Below are positions 28,403 through 38,561 of a stretch of DNA of 64,000 nt, one piece after another. The position numbers and the translations under genes are program-made. This stretch comes from Candidatus Omnitrophota bacterium. GTDB taxonomy: Bacteria > Omnitrophota > Gorgyraeia > Zapsychrales > Zapsychraceae. The stretch is from positions 2,442 through 66,441 of the forward strand of contig JAGQKV010000003.1 of assembly GCA_020429915.1 (NCBI GenBank). The letters are read 5' to 3'. Each line of letters starts with the position of its first letter. Positions within the stretch are counted from its first letter, which is position 1. The notes beneath the pieces are model-generated. The model searched no databases and was not told where the DNA came from. It saw nothing but the letters and a program-made list of their open reading frames with translations.

Positions 28403-29425
28403 ATGAAGAAGACACTTGAAGAATTGGCAGCGATGATCGGCGGCGAAGTGGTGGGTGACGGCGGCGTAGAGATTTCGGGAATGAACGGGATCCGCGAGGC
28501 TGCGCCCGGAGAGATCACGTTTGTGACCAACGCGAAATACGCGTCGCTGGCGGCGAAAACCCAGGCCTCGGCGCTGATTTATCCCCGGGACATGGAACTG
28601 CCGGCTAAGCCCGTGATCCGCACCGACGATCCGGCAGCGGCGTTCGCGCAGTTGTTACCCGTCTTCACCGATCCGGAGACCTACGAACCCCGTGGGATTC
28701 ATCCGTCGGCCCACGTGGCCGAAGACGCCCGGCTGGGCAAGGACGTTACGCTCGGACCCAATGTGGTCATCGAGCCGAAAGTCGTCATCGGAGACGGTGT
28801 TATCGTCGGGGCAAACAGTTTCATCGGTTTCAAGGCGCACATCGGCGCCGGCACGCATTTGTATCCCAATGTCACGGTGTGTTCCAAGTCCGTGCTGGGC
28901 GAACGGGTCAAGGTCTTCAGCGGAACGGTGATCGGCTCCGACGGATTCGGATTTGAGAATGTCAACGGCGCGCACCAGAAGATTCCGCAGATGGGTATTG
29001 TACTCATTGAGGATGACGTGGAGATCGGCGCCAATGTAACCATTGACCGGGCCCGCTTCAGCAAGACGGTGATCGGCCGCGGCTCCAAGATTGATAACCT
29101 GGTTCAGATCGCGCACAACGTGATCATCGGTGAGCATTGCATCATAGTGGCGCAAGTCGGCATCAGCGGAAGCACCATCGTCGGCAAGAATGCAATCCTC
29201 GCCGGGCAGGCCGGCATCGCCGGTCATCTCACCATCGGCGCCAATACCGTGGTGGCGGCCCAGGCCGGCGTTACCGGATCATTGCCGCCCAACAGCATGG
29301 TCAGCGGTTATCCGGCCAAGCCGCATGAACACGCCAAACGCGTCAACGCGCACGTGCAAAAATTACCCGAGTACGTCCGTCGCATCAAGAAACTTGAGTC
29401 CAAACACCCACAAGAGGAAAGCTAA
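28403..29425 (+). CDS. lpxD: UDP-3-O-acylglucosamine N-acyltransferase (start at MKKTLEELAAMIGGEV; track ORF begins 28307, inside the skp terminator)
   Basis: Left-handed beta-helix hexapeptide repeats with the LpxD N-terminal domain pattern. Position is right after skp, as in many diderms. Confidence 0.85.
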   Translation: MKKTLEELAAMIGGEVVGDGGVEISGMNGIREAAPGEITFVTNAKYASLAAKTQASALIYPRDMELPAKPVIRTDDPAAAFAQLLPVFTDPETYEPRGIHPSAHVAEDARLGKDVTLGPNVVIEPKVVIGDGVIVGANSFIGFKAHIGAGTHLYPNVTVCSKSVLGERVKVFSGTVIGSDGFGFENVNGAHQKIPQMGIVLIEDDVEIGANVTIDRARFSKTVIGRGSKIDNLVQIAHNVIIGEHCIIVAQVGISGSTIVGKNAILAGQAGIAGHLTIGANTVVAAQAGVTGSLPPNSMVSGYPAKPHEHAKRVNAHVQKLPEYVRRIKKLESKHPQEES

Positions 29426-29430
29426 GCATC

Positions 29431-30765
29431 ATGTCGTCCCGTCATCAAAAAACGATTTCACAGGAAGCCACTCTCAGCGGAGTCGGTCTGCACACCGGCA
29501 ACGAAGTCACGATTACTCTTAAACCGGCACCGGTCAACAGCGGAATCCGTTTTCAGCGGATCGATCTTCCGCTTAAACCGGTCATCAAGGCTGATTGGGA
29601 AAACCTTTGTCCCGACGCCAAGATCCCGCGTTGCACGACCATCGGCCGCGGTGAAGGCGTTGTGCATACGATCGAGCATTTGATGAGCGCGCTGGCCGGC
29701 AGCGGGATCACCAATTTGCATGTGGACATCAACGGCAATGAGTTGCCCGGTTGCGACGGCAGCGCCCAGGGATTTCTCGATGCCTTGAAGTCGGCCGGGA
29801 TACAGACCCAGGACGCCGAGCAGGATACGTTCAATGTCACCAAGCCGGTGGGAGTCTCACAGAACGGATCGTCGATCTTTATTTCTCCGGCCGATGATCT
29901 GCGCATTTCTTACGTCCTGGATTACCGCCATCCGCTGCTGCATTCCCAATTCCGTGAATTCGTCATCGATGAAGAGACCTACGGCCAGCAGATCGCGCCC
30001 AGCCGCACCTTCTGTCTGCAGCGCGAGGCCGAGGAACTCATCAATCAGGGACTGGGCAAGGGCGCGAATTATCAGAATACCCTGGTGGTGGGAGAGAACG
30101 GGGTCCTGGAAAACAACGTGCGTTTTGAAGACGAGTTCGTGAGACACAAGATTCTGGACATCATCGGTGATTTGTACCTGCTGGGAGCCCCCCTGAAGGG
30201 CCATATTTTCGCCGTTAAGAGCGGACACGAGCTTAACGCCCGCCTGGTCCGGAAAATGGCGGCCCAGCTGAAGGCCCAAAAAGCCCGGAGTGAACGGACC
30301 GGCCTCGATTTCAGCGGATTTCGCGAATTCGACATCCAGGCGATTCAGCAGGTCCTGCCGCACCGCTATCCGTTTCTGCTGGTTGACCGGGTGGTCGAGA
30401 TCGAGCACGGGAAACGGGCGCTCGGCATCAAGAATGTGACCATCAATGACGGCTTTTTTCAGGGCCATTTCCCGACCCGGCCGGTCATGCCGGGTGTTTT
30501 GATGGTGGAAGCCATGGCCCAGACCGGGGGCGTAGTTGTCTTGACGAATCCCGCTCATCGTGGTAAATTAGCATTTTTTATGGCCGCCAATAATGTCAAG
30601 TTCCGAAAAGTGGTAACGCCGGGAGATCAGCTGTTGATGGAAGTGGAAGTCCTGAAGGATAAGAGCCGTGTGGCCGAGATTCACGCCGTGTCCCGCGTCG
30701 ACGGGGAAATCGTCGCGGAGGCCGATATGACCTTCTTTTTTACCGACGCCACCTACCTGGAGTGA
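29431..30765 (+). CDS. lpxC-fabZ: Bifunctional UDP-3-O-acyl-N-acetylglucosamine deacetylase / 3-hydroxyacyl-ACP dehydratase (LpxC-FabZ fusion)
   Basis: N-terminal LpxC ([31 protein letters not shown]) and C-terminal FabZ hot-dog ([23 protein letters not shown]). 444 aa. Confidence 0.85.
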   Translation: MSSRHQKTISQEATLSGVGLHTGNEVTITLKPAPVNSGIRFQRIDLPLKPVIKADWENLCPDAKIPRCTTIGRGEGVVHTIEHLMSALAGSGITNLHVDINGNELPGCDGSAQGFLDALKSAGIQTQDAEQDTFNVTKPVGVSQNGSSIFISPADDLRISYVLDYRHPLLHSQFREFVIDEETYGQQIAPSRTFCLQREAEELINQGLGKGANYQNTLVVGENGVLENNVRFEDEFVRHKILDIIGDLYLLGAPLKGHIFAVKSGHELNARLVRKMAAQLKAQKARSERTGLDFSGFREFDIQAIQQVLPHRYPFLLVDRVVEIEHGKRALGIKNVTINDGFFQGHFPTRPVMPGVLMVEAMAQTGGVVVLTNPAHRGKLAFFMAANNVKFRKVVTPGDQLLMEVEVLKDKSRVAEIHAVSRVDGEIVAEADMTFFFTDATYLE

Positions 30766-30802
30766 TCCTCAGAACGACTCCAAAAAAAAACCGATTAAAT
30801 GT

Positions 30803-30840
30803 TTGGCAAGGGTCGATATTGCGCTAAAATAAATATCGAC
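30803..30840 (+). promoter_or_regulatory. Candidate promoter TTGGCA-16-TAAAAT upstream of lpxA, with an 8 bp inverted repeat (GTCGATAT ... ATATCGAC) bracketing the -10
   Basis: TTGGCA at 30803-30808, TAAAAT at 30825-30830, inverted repeat arms at 30813-30820 and 30833-30840, ATG at 30849. Confidence 0.3.
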
Positions 30841-30848
30841 TTACACTT

Positions 30849-31634
30849 ATGGAAAATATCAAAATCCACAAAACAGCCGTCATCAACCCCGGGGCCAAGA
30901 TTTCCCCGGGCGTATCCATCGGGCCGTACTCGATCGTCGATGGGGACGTCACCCTCGGTGACAATGTCCGTATCGGCAGCCACTGCGTCATCACCGGCCA
31001 AACCAAAATCGGAGCCAACTGTAAGATTTTTACCGGGGCCGTTATCGGCAGCGCCCCCCAGGACCGGAAATATTCCACGGACGATAATGTCTATCTGAAT
31101 ATCGGGGAGAACAACGTGATCCGGGAGTATGTCACGATGAACCCCGGAACCCTGGACGGCGGCGGCAAGACAATCGTGGGCAGCAACAATCTGTTTATGG
31201 CCTACGCCCATGTGGCTCACGACTGCGTGATCGGCAACAACTGTGTTATGGCGAATGCCGCCACGCTGGCCGGTCACGTGACCCTGGAGGACAACGCCGT
31301 CATCGGAGGACTCAGCGCCGTGCATCAGTTTGTCAGACTGGGCCGGCTTTCCATAGTGGGAGGCTGCTCCCGCGTGGTCCAGGATGTCCCCCCGTTCGCT
31401 ATGGTGGTGGGGCACCCGGTGAAGGTGATCCGTACCAACGCCGTGGGGCTCCAGCGCGCCCAGATTCCCGAGGAATCCGTCCGCCTATTGAACAGGGCCT
31501 ACAAGATTCTGTTCCGTCAGGGGCTTCCCAAGACCCGCGCCATTGAAAAAGTGGAGAGCGAAGTCGAGATGTGTCCCGAGGTGGAACACCTGATTTTCTT
31601 CTGCAAAACCACCAAACGCGGCCTCTGCAGTTAA
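30849..31634 (+). CDS. lpxA: Acyl-ACP--UDP-N-acetylglucosamine O-acyltransferase
   Basis: IHKTAVINPGAKI, and hexapeptide repeats with HVAHDCVIGNN. Confidence 0.9.
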   Translation: MENIKIHKTAVINPGAKISPGVSIGPYSIVDGDVTLGDNVRIGSHCVITGQTKIGANCKIFTGAVIGSAPQDRKYSTDDNVYLNIGENNVIREYVTMNPGTLDGGGKTIVGSNNLFMAYAHVAHDCVIGNNCVMANAATLAGHVTLEDNAVIGGLSAVHQFVRLGRLSIVGGCSRVVQDVPPFAMVVGHPVKVIRTNAVGLQRAQIPEESVRLLNRAYKILFRQGLPKTRAIEKVESEVEMCPEVEHLIFFCKTTKRGLCS

Positions 31635-31713
31635 TCTACGAAATCATGACAGCCTTAAGGCGTATGCGATTCACCGTCAGAGTGCATACGGACCTTGGGC
31701 ATTTTTTTAATCC

Positions 31714-32526
31714 ATGAACAGCCATAAGCGTCTCGGTCTTATCGCCGGCAACGGCAAGTTTCCCATCATGTTCGCCCGCGAGGCCCGCTCGATGGACTAT
31801 GAAATCATCGCCGCGGGTGTCAAGGGGGACACGTCCATCCTGCTCAAGCCGTTCGTCGACAAAATGAATACCTTTCACGTCAGCGAGCTCGAACAGCTCT
31901 GCGCGTATTTCCGTTCGGAGAATGTCAATAAGGCCATTATGGCCGGGCAGGTCAATCCCGATAATTTGTTCCGGGAACAGATGAGTGAGGACGATGGGCT
32001 GTGGAAGCTGTTTAATGCCATCCAGGACCGTAAGGCCGACACGATCTTCACCGCCGTGGCCGAGAAACTCAGCGAGTACGACATCGAACTGATCGACTCG
32101 ACCTTTCTGATCCAGAACCACCTCGCGCCCCAGGGGACACTAACCCGGCGCGCCCCGACCCTCAACGAACTTGATGATATCAGCTTCGGCCGTGAAATTG
32201 CCAAGGCGATGGGCGGCATCGATGTCGGGCAGACGGTGGTGGTCAAGGACAAGGCCATCGTCGCCATCGAGGCGATGGAGGGGACCGACCGGACCATCCT
32301 GCGCGGCGGCCAGATCGCGAAGCAGGGAGCGGTGGTGGTCAAGATGAGCAAACCCGATCAGGACCTGCGTTTCGACGTGCCCGTTGTCGGCCCGCGCACC
32401 ATCCGCCACATGCGCAAATCCCGCTGCGCCTGCCTGGCCATCGAATCCGCCAAGACCATCATTATCGATCAGGACAAGACCGTCCGGCTGGCCGATAAGG
32501 CCGGTATCTGTATCGTCGCGGTCTGA
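31714..32526 (+). CDS. lpxI: UDP-2,3-diacylglucosamine hydrolase LpxI (DUF1009)
   Basis: LGLIAGNGKFPI N-terminus and the C-terminal DQDLRFDVPVVG region typical of LpxI. Confidence 0.75.
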   Translation: MNSHKRLGLIAGNGKFPIMFAREARSMDYEIIAAGVKGDTSILLKPFVDKMNTFHVSELEQLCAYFRSENVNKAIMAGQVNPDNLFREQMSEDDGLWKLFNAIQDRKADTIFTAVAEKLSEYDIELIDSTFLIQNHLAPQGTLTRRAPTLNELDDISFGREIAKAMGGIDVGQTVVVKDKAIVAIEAMEGTDRTILRGGQIAKQGAVVVKMSKPDQDLRFDVPVVGPRTIRHMRKSRCACLAIESAKTIIIDQDKTVRLADKAGICIVAV

Positions 32527-32635
32527 TCAACACCCCGCCAGACAGGCCGGCAAGGCGTGCCGACCGGCCCGGTGAGGGGGGTCGGGACCCGCGGAAAACG
32601 GCCCTAATCGCCGTGAAACCCCTCCCAAGCACCCG

Positions 32636-32664
32636 TTGACACTATATCCCTTTTTCTATATAAT
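32636..32664 (+). promoter_or_regulatory. Consensus sigma70 promoter TTGACA-17-TATAAT upstream of lysS, with about 55 nt AT-rich leader
   Basis: TTGACA at 32636-32641, a 17 nt spacer, TATAAT at 32659-32664, and ATG at 32721. Confidence 0.5.
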
Positions 32665-32720
32665 CGTATACTCATTATAAAAATTAGTAATATAATAAGT
32701 ACCAAACGAAAGCGTATTGT

Positions 32721-34208
32721 ATGAAACCGGATGAAATTAAAGAGGTTAGGCTGGCCAAGGCGGAAAATTTGCAGGCGGCCGGCATCGACCCCTATGGCGT
32801 AAAATTCACACCGTCCCATTGCGTGACGGATATCCTCACCGATTTTCAACCCGATCAGGAAGTGGCGGTAGCCGGCCGGATCATGGCCCAGCGCAGTATG
32901 GGCAAGGTAGTTTTCGCCGATCTGGAAGACCAGTCGGGCAAGGTCCAGTTGTTCATCAGACTGGCAGACCCCGACTCCCCGTTGACCAAGGCGGTCAAAT
33001 CCCTGGACATCGGCGATATCATCGGCGTGAAGGGAATTACCTTCACTACCAAGATGGGCCAGGACAGCATCAATGTCAGCGAAGTGACTTTTCTGACCAA
33101 GTCCCTGGCCACTTTGCCGGAAAAGTGGCACGGCTTGAAGGACGTCGAAGTCCGTTACCGCCAGAGGTATGTTGATCTCATCGCCAACAAGAACGTGCGT
33201 GATGTGTTTACCAAGCGCAGCCGGATCGTGTCGTATATCCGCCGACTGCTGGACGAGCGCGGATTCCTCGAGGTCGAGACGCCCATGTTGCAGCCGCTGG
33301 CCGGCGGCGCGCGCGGCCGTCCGTTCAGGAGCAAGCACAACGCGTATGACCTGGACGTTTTCTTGCGCATCGCACCGGAGTTGTACCTCAAACGGCTGCT
33401 GGTCGGCGGGTTCGAGCGCGTGTATGAAATCAACCGCAACTTCCGCAACGAGGGGGTTTCCACGCGGCACAATCCCGAGTTCACCATGCTGGAGGTGTAC
33501 CAGGCCTACGGTGATTTCGGAGACATGATGAAGCTTACCGAAGATCTCGTGGCCGGCGCGGCCAAGGAGATCACCGGATCGTATAAAGTGATGTACCAGG
33601 GCCGGGAGATCAACTTTGAACCGCCCTGGGAACGGCGCAGCTTTGCGCAGATCATGAAGGACAAGTTCGACATCAATCCCGAAGATGAAGCCGCGGTGAT
33701 GCTCGACAAGGTCAAGGCGCACAAGGGCGGATCGGTCAAGATCGATAAACTGACCCGGTCGGCCGTCATGAAGATCGCCGAAGACCTGCTGGAAGAAGAC
33801 GAGATCACCGATCCGGTCTTCTTTACCGATTACTTCACGTTCCTCTGCCCGCTGGCCAAGACCATTCCGGAAAATCCGGCCATCTCGGCCCGCTTTGAGG
33901 CGTTTATCGCGGGTATGGAGGTCGGCAACGCGTATTCGGAGTTGAACGACCCCAGCGAACAGCGCCGCCGGTTGCTGGAAGATCTCGAGGACGACGTCGA
34001 GACCGGCAACCGCTCCGTGGACGAAGACTTTCTGACCGCTCTGGAGTACGGCATGCCGCCGGCCGGCGGTCTGGGTATCGGGATCGACCGCTTGGTCATG
34101 CTGTTGACCGACTCGCCGTCGATCCGCGATGTGATCCTGTTCCCGCTGATGAAGCCGCTTCCGGTCAGAGGCGAAGAGCCGACGGCCGCAACTGTCGAAC
34201 AGGAATAG
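32721..34208 (+). CDS. lysS: Lysyl-tRNA synthetase (class II)
   Basis: N-terminal OB anticodon-binding domain and class II motifs (FLEVETPML, RNEG, GLGIGIDRLVMLL). Confidence 0.9.
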   Translation: MKPDEIKEVRLAKAENLQAAGIDPYGVKFTPSHCVTDILTDFQPDQEVAVAGRIMAQRSMGKVVFADLEDQSGKVQLFIRLADPDSPLTKAVKSLDIGDIIGVKGITFTTKMGQDSINVSEVTFLTKSLATLPEKWHGLKDVEVRYRQRYVDLIANKNVRDVFTKRSRIVSYIRRLLDERGFLEVETPMLQPLAGGARGRPFRSKHNAYDLDVFLRIAPELYLKRLLVGGFERVYEINRNFRNEGVSTRHNPEFTMLEVYQAYGDFGDMMKLTEDLVAGAAKEITGSYKVMYQGREINFEPPWERRSFAQIMKDKFDINPEDEAAVMLDKVKAHKGGSVKIDKLTRSAVMKIAEDLLEEDEITDPVFFTDYFTFLCPLAKTIPENPAISARFEAFIAGMEVGNAYSELNDPSEQRRRLLEDLEDDVETGNRSVDEDFLTALEYGMPPAGGLGIGIDRLVMLLTDSPSIRDVILFPLMKPLPVRGEEPTAATVEQE

Positions 34209-34242
34209 CCCCGCACGGGATTCGCCCATCGAAGGAGGGCGC

Positions 34243-35436
34243 ATGCACTACGAAAACTGGATCAGTTACCGTTACCTGAAGGCCAAACAGGGAGGATTTC
34301 TCCGCTTCCTGCATTTCATTTCCGTGGCCGGTGTGGCCACCGGCGTCATGGCCCTGATCGTGGTGATCTCGGTCATGACCGGTTTCGGCAATACCCTTCG
34401 CGAACGAATCATCGGGACCTCTCCGCACATTACTGTCGAGAAAGAGACCGGCCTCACGGACTATCAGGATCTGCGCGAGCAATTGTTGCGCATCCCTGAG
34501 GTCAAGAGCGCCACGGCGTATCTGCAGGGAAATATCTATCTGGAGAGTCACGGTCAAAGCATGGCGTTGATCCTGCGCGGCGACCAGGTGCAGAGCCAGG
34601 CACAGACGACACGCATGGCCGAGTTCCTCAAGAAGGGCAACGTTGACGAACTCAAGAACGGCCGGATCTTTATCGGCACCGAACTGGCGCGCTTCTTCGG
34701 TTTCGATATCGGCGATCTGGTCACGCTGATCTCCCCGGGGACCGGGATCTCCGGCGAAGGCTGGCGGCATAGCGTCGAGATTGCCGGCATCTTCGAGACA
34801 GGGATGAGCGACCTCGATCAGAGTCTGATCGTCAGCAACATTGCCACCGCGCAGAAGCTGTTTAATATCAAGGACGACCGCGTCCACGGCATCGGGGTGC
34901 AGTTGCAGGACCCGTACAAAGCCGACGAGATCAAAAAAAAGGTTTACGCGCGCTTCGGCTTTAAGTACGCCGTCAAGACATGGACCGACACCAACCGCGG
35001 GCTGTTTCAGGCCTTGAAGCTGGAAAAGCTCGGTCTGTTTCTGGTCCTGACGCTGATGGTCCTGGTGGCGTCGTTCAATATCATCAGCACCCTGATCGTG
35101 ACGGTCACCAGCAAGGTCCATGACATCGGGGTGCTGCAGTCGATCGGCGTGTCCAAGGCGTCGATCCGTCGGATCTTCACGCGGCAGGGGATTTACATCG
35201 GGCTGCGCGGGATCATGTGGGGCGTCGTGTTGGGGCTGAGCATCTGCTACATCCTCAAGACCTATGTGGAAGTCCCGCAGAGTGTGTACGGCGTGGACCG
35301 GGTGCCGGTGGAGGTCGAACTCTTCGACATGCTGTGGATCATCGGCTGCGCGTTTGTCATCAGTTACTTGGCGTCGATTTACCCGTCCTCCAAGGCCGCC
35401 AGCCTGGAGCCGGTCGACGCCCTGCGTTACGAATAA
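34243..35436 (+). CDS. lolE: Lipoprotein-releasing system permease LolC/LolE (FtsX-like)
   Basis: 4-TM FtsX fold with a large periplasmic loop, immediately upstream of the LolD ATPase. Confidence 0.8.
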   Translation: MHYENWISYRYLKAKQGGFLRFLHFISVAGVATGVMALIVVISVMTGFGNTLRERIIGTSPHITVEKETGLTDYQDLREQLLRIPEVKSATAYLQGNIYLESHGQSMALILRGDQVQSQAQTTRMAEFLKKGNVDELKNGRIFIGTELARFFGFDIGDLVTLISPGTGISGEGWRHSVEIAGIFETGMSDLDQSLIVSNIATAQKLFNIKDDRVHGIGVQLQDPYKADEIKKKVYARFGFKYAVKTWTDTNRGLFQALKLEKLGLFLVLTLMVLVASFNIISTLIVTVTSKVHDIGVLQSIGVSKASIRRIFTRQGIYIGLRGIMWGVVLGLSICYILKTYVEVPQSVYGVDRVPVEVELFDMLWIIGCAFVISYLASIYPSSKAASLEPVDALRYE

Positions 35437-35450
35437 ATGAAGGGCCGGAT

Positions 35451-36167
35451 ATGATCATAATGCAAGCCCATAAATTACGTAAAGAGTACCGCCAGGCCAA
35501 GAGCAAACTGGAGGTCCTCAAAGGGATCGATTTCCAGGTGAACATCGGCGAGGTCGTCGCGGTGGTCGGTCCGTCAGGCGCGGGCAAGTCGACGCTGCTG
35601 CACATCCTCGGCGGACTGGACGAGCCGACCGGCGGCAAGGTGCTGCTCGACGGCGAAGACCTGTACCGGATCCGCGACGTGGAACGGGCGCGCCTGCGTA
35701 ACGAGAAGATCGGCTTTATCTTCCAGTTTTACCATTTATTGCCGGAGTTCAACGCGTTGGAAAACGTGATGCTGCCCGCCCTCGTCAAAGGGGATATCAA
35801 GCGGTCCGAGATCCGCAAGCGGGCCTCGTCGCTGCTCGCGCAACTCGGCCTGAAGAACCGCATCCGGCACAAACCCAGCCAGCTGTCCGGCGGGGAACAA
35901 CAGCGCGTGGCCATCGCCCGGGCGCTCATCAACGACCCGAAAGTGGTCCTGTCCGATGAGCCGACCGGGAACCTGGACTCCGCCAACGGCAAGGAGATCA
36001 TCAACCTGTTGATGCTGCTTAATGAACTTAACAACCAGACGATCGTCATCGTAACGCACGATGAGTCCATCGCCCAGCAATGCCACCGCGTGGTTTATAT
36101 GAACGACGGTTTGCTGGAGGGCGAAGAGAACAAGAAAAAAGGGAAAGTCCATGAAAATCTACCTTAA
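35451..36167 (+). CDS. lolD: Lipoprotein-releasing system ATP-binding protein LolD
   Basis: Start [13 protein letters not shown]. Walker [25 protein letters not shown], and a D-loop. Confidence 0.8.
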   Translation: MIIMQAHKLRKEYRQAKSKLEVLKGIDFQVNIGEVVAVVGPSGAGKSTLLHILGGLDEPTGGKVLLDGEDLYRIRDVERARLRNEKIGFIFQFYHLLPEFNALENVMLPALVKGDIKRSEIRKRASSLLAQLGLKNRIRHKPSQLSGGEQQRVAIARALINDPKVVLSDEPTGNLDSANGKEIINLLMLLNELNNQTIVIVTHDESIAQQCHRVVYMNDGLLEGEENKKKGKVHENLP

Positions 36168-37014
36168 CGGAAATTTTGTCGAGAAAGATCAGGCCGTGGT
36201 GTCCGTGTTCGATCACGGCCTATTGTACGGGGACGGGGTGTTTGAAGGGATCCGTTCCTATAACAGTCTGGTCTTCAAACTGGACGAGCATATCGGACGT
36301 CTGTATGAGACCATGCACACGCTGATGATCCGCTGCCCGCTGAGCAAAGAGGGCATGGCGCAGGCCGTCGTGGACACGCTCAAGGCCAATAACCTCAAGG
36401 ACGCGTATATCCGCCTCATCGTCACCCGCGGGGAAGGGGACCTCGGACTGGACCCCAAAAAGTGTTTCGACAAGCCGAATGTGATAATTATCACTGATAA
36501 AATCACACTGTATCCGGAAGCATTGTATAATAACGGCATGGAAATTATCACGGTGAGCACCGTGCGCAATCATCCCGAGGCGATCAATCCCCAGCTGAAG
36601 TCTTTGAATTACCTGAACAATATTCTGGCCAAGATCGAGGCCGGCAACGCCGGCTACGCCGAAGCCATCATGCTGGACCACCGGGGTTTCGTCGCCGAAT
36701 GTACCGGAGACAATATCTTTATCATCAAGAAAGGCGAAATCCGCACGCCCAGCCAGGGGATCCTCAAGGGGATCACGCGCCAGTGCGTGCTGGACATCGC
36801 CGGCGAACTGAGCATCCCGGCCACCGAATGCCTGATGACCCGGCATGAAGTTTACATCGCCGACGAATGTTTCCTCACCGGCACCGCCGCGGAGATCATT
36901 CCCGTCGTCAAGGTGGACGGCCGGGTGATCGGCGACGGCAAACCCGGGCCGATGACCAAACAGATCATGGATAAATTCCACACTGCCACTCTAACCCAGG
37001 GGACAAAATACTGA
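36151..37014 (+). CDS. ilvE: Class IV PLP aminotransferase (branched-chain amino acid aminotransferase-like)
   Basis: FDHGLLYGDGVFEGIRSY, and a catalytic Lys region around GKYLNNIL (here LKSLNYLNNIL). Confidence 0.8.
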   Translation: MKIYLNGNFVEKDQAVVSVFDHGLLYGDGVFEGIRSYNSLVFKLDEHIGRLYETMHTLMIRCPLSKEGMAQAVVDTLKANNLKDAYIRLIVTRGEGDLGLDPKKCFDKPNVIIITDKITLYPEALYNNGMEIITVSTVRNHPEAINPQLKSLNYLNNILAKIEAGNAGYAEAIMLDHRGFVAECTGDNIFIIKKGEIRTPSQGILKGITRQCVLDIAGELSIPATECLMTRHEVYIADECFLTGTAAEIIPVVKVDGRVIGDGKPGPMTKQIMDKFHTATLTQGTKY

Positions 37015-37517
37015 TGAAATGCGACCTGTGCAACAAGAAGGCGACCGTTCATCTCACCGAGATCGTTGACGACCAGATGTCGGAAATGCATCTGTGCGAG
37101 GAATGCGCGCGCGAAAAGAGTGTGCAAATGGAACAGCAGTTCGGCCTGTCCGACCTGCTGGCCGGACTGACCGACTTCGGCAAGCAGACCAAGACTGCCG
37201 ACAAGGTCGACCTGAAGTGCCCGACGTGCGGGATCACCTATGACGATTTCCGCAAATTTGGCCGGCTCGGCTGCGGCGACTGTTACACCGCCTTCCGCAC
37301 GCATCTGTCCACACTGCTGAAAAAGATCCACGGCTCCAATCATCACTTCGGCAAGACCCCCAAACGGATGCCCAAAGCGGCCAAAAAGAAGGTGGAGAAT
37401 CTGCAGGACCTGAAAGGCAAACTGCTGGAAGCGATCCAGGAGGAAGACTTTGAGAAGGCCGCGGTCCTGCGCGACAAGATCCGCGAAATCGAAGCGAATA
37501 AAGACAATGAGACTTGA
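37014..37517 (+). CDS. mcsA: Protein-arginine kinase activator McsA (zinc fingers + UVR domain)
   Basis: CDLC...CEEC and CPTC...CGDC zinc-ribbon pairs, and a C-terminal UVR motif LQDLKGKLLEAIQEEDFEKAAVLRDKI. Start overlaps the ilvE stop (TGATG). Confidence 0.75.
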   Translation: MKCDLCNKKATVHLTEIVDDQMSEMHLCEECAREKSVQMEQQFGLSDLLAGLTDFGKQTKTADKVDLKCPTCGITYDDFRKFGRLGCGDCYTAFRTHLSTLLKKIHGSNHHFGKTPKRMPKAAKKKVENLQDLKGKLLEAIQEEDFEKAAVLRDKIREIEANKDNET

Positions 37518-38559
37518 TGAATTTATCGAAAATACCGGGGAGTGGCTGAAAGGCACCGGCGAAAGCGCCAACATCGTGATGTCTTCGCGCATCCGTCTGG
37601 CGCGCAATCTGGCCGGCACGCCCTTTCCCAACAAGGCGAGCAAAAAAGAGCTCAACCAGATCCTGACCACGGTGCACAACGCGATCGAGCAGATCGGGTA
37701 TTTCAAGAACTCTTCGCTATTCAAGATCAGCGAGCTCGACAATGTCGACAAGCAGTTCCTGATCGAGCGTCACCTAATCAGCCACGATCACGCTACCAAT
37801 CCCGACGGCAAGGCGGTCCTGATTTCACGCGAGGAGGTCCTGTCGCTGATGATCAACGAGGAGGACCACCTGCGCATCCAGGTGATGCAGTCGGGACTGA
37901 ACCTCGATCAGACCTGGGAGATTATTAACAATATCGATGACGCGCTGTCCGAGTTCCTGAACTTTTCCTATTCAATGCACTGGGGGTATCTGACGGCGTG
38001 CCCGACGAATACCGGGACGGCTATGCGCGGTTCGGTGATGCTGCATCTGCCGGCGCTGGTCATGACCAAGCAGATTAACAAAGTGATGGCCGCGATTTCC
38101 AAGCTGAACTTCGCCTCGCGCGGGTTCTACGGCGAAGGAACACAGGCCAGCGGCAATATCTATCAAATTTCCAATCAGCTGTCTCTGGGACACAGCGAAC
38201 AGGACGTGCTGCAAAACATCAAAGGACTGATCCGCCAGGTGATCGAACAGGAAGAGCAGGCCCGTCAGGCGCTGATGCTGCAAAACAAGCCGATGCTGGA
38301 GGACAAGATCTTCCGTTCCGTCGGGTTGTTGCGCAACGCGCGTATCATCAGCAGTCAGGAAACGGTCGATCTGTTATCGATGGTCCGGCTGGGAACGGAT
38401 TTGGGGATCCTTAAGAATATTACACGTAAAACCGTCAATGAATTATTCATCACGATTCAGCCCGCGCACCTGCAGAAGATCGGCGGGAAGAAACTCAACG
38501 CGGCCGAACGTGATGCCCGCAGAGCGGCCTTGATCCGCAAAAAACTGGGAGGGTCATAA
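37507..38559 (+). CDS. mcsB: Protein-arginine kinase McsB (ATP:guanido phosphotransferase)
   Basis: Start [10 protein letters not shown]. Motifs [20 protein letters not shown] and [14 protein letters not shown], which is the phosphagen-kinase catalytic core. Confidence 0.85.
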   Translation: MRLDEFIENTGEWLKGTGESANIVMSSRIRLARNLAGTPFPNKASKKELNQILTTVHNAIEQIGYFKNSSLFKISELDNVDKQFLIERHLISHDHATNPDGKAVLISREEVLSLMINEEDHLRIQVMQSGLNLDQTWEIINNIDDALSEFLNFSYSMHWGYLTACPTNTGTAMRGSVMLHLPALVMTKQINKVMAAISKLNFASRGFYGEGTQASGNIYQISNQLSLGHSEQDVLQNIKGLIRQVIEQEEQARQALMLQNKPMLEDKIFRSVGLLRNARIISSQETVDLLSMVRLGTDLGILKNITRKTVNELFITIQPAHLQKIGGKKLNAAERDARRAALIRKKLGGS

Positions 38560-38561
38560 GC

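Noticed and set aside
30799-31098. 99 aa + strand ORF overlapping the lpxA start
   Set aside because: It is out of frame with lpxA, which has definitive hexapeptide-repeat motifs. It starts within the lpxA promoter region.
32604-34244. 546 aa minus-strand ORF
   Set aside because: It is antisense to lysS, whose product has unmistakable class II aaRS motifs; a typical GC-rich shadow ORF. The same applies to 41684-43027 (antisense radA), 45543-46553 (antisense cysE/tmk), 50169-51326 (antisense mtnA), 38457-39650 (antisense clpC), 15313-16272 (antisense hisG), 19217-19999 (antisense glmU) and 6767-7504 / 7517-8287 (antisense ABC-F).
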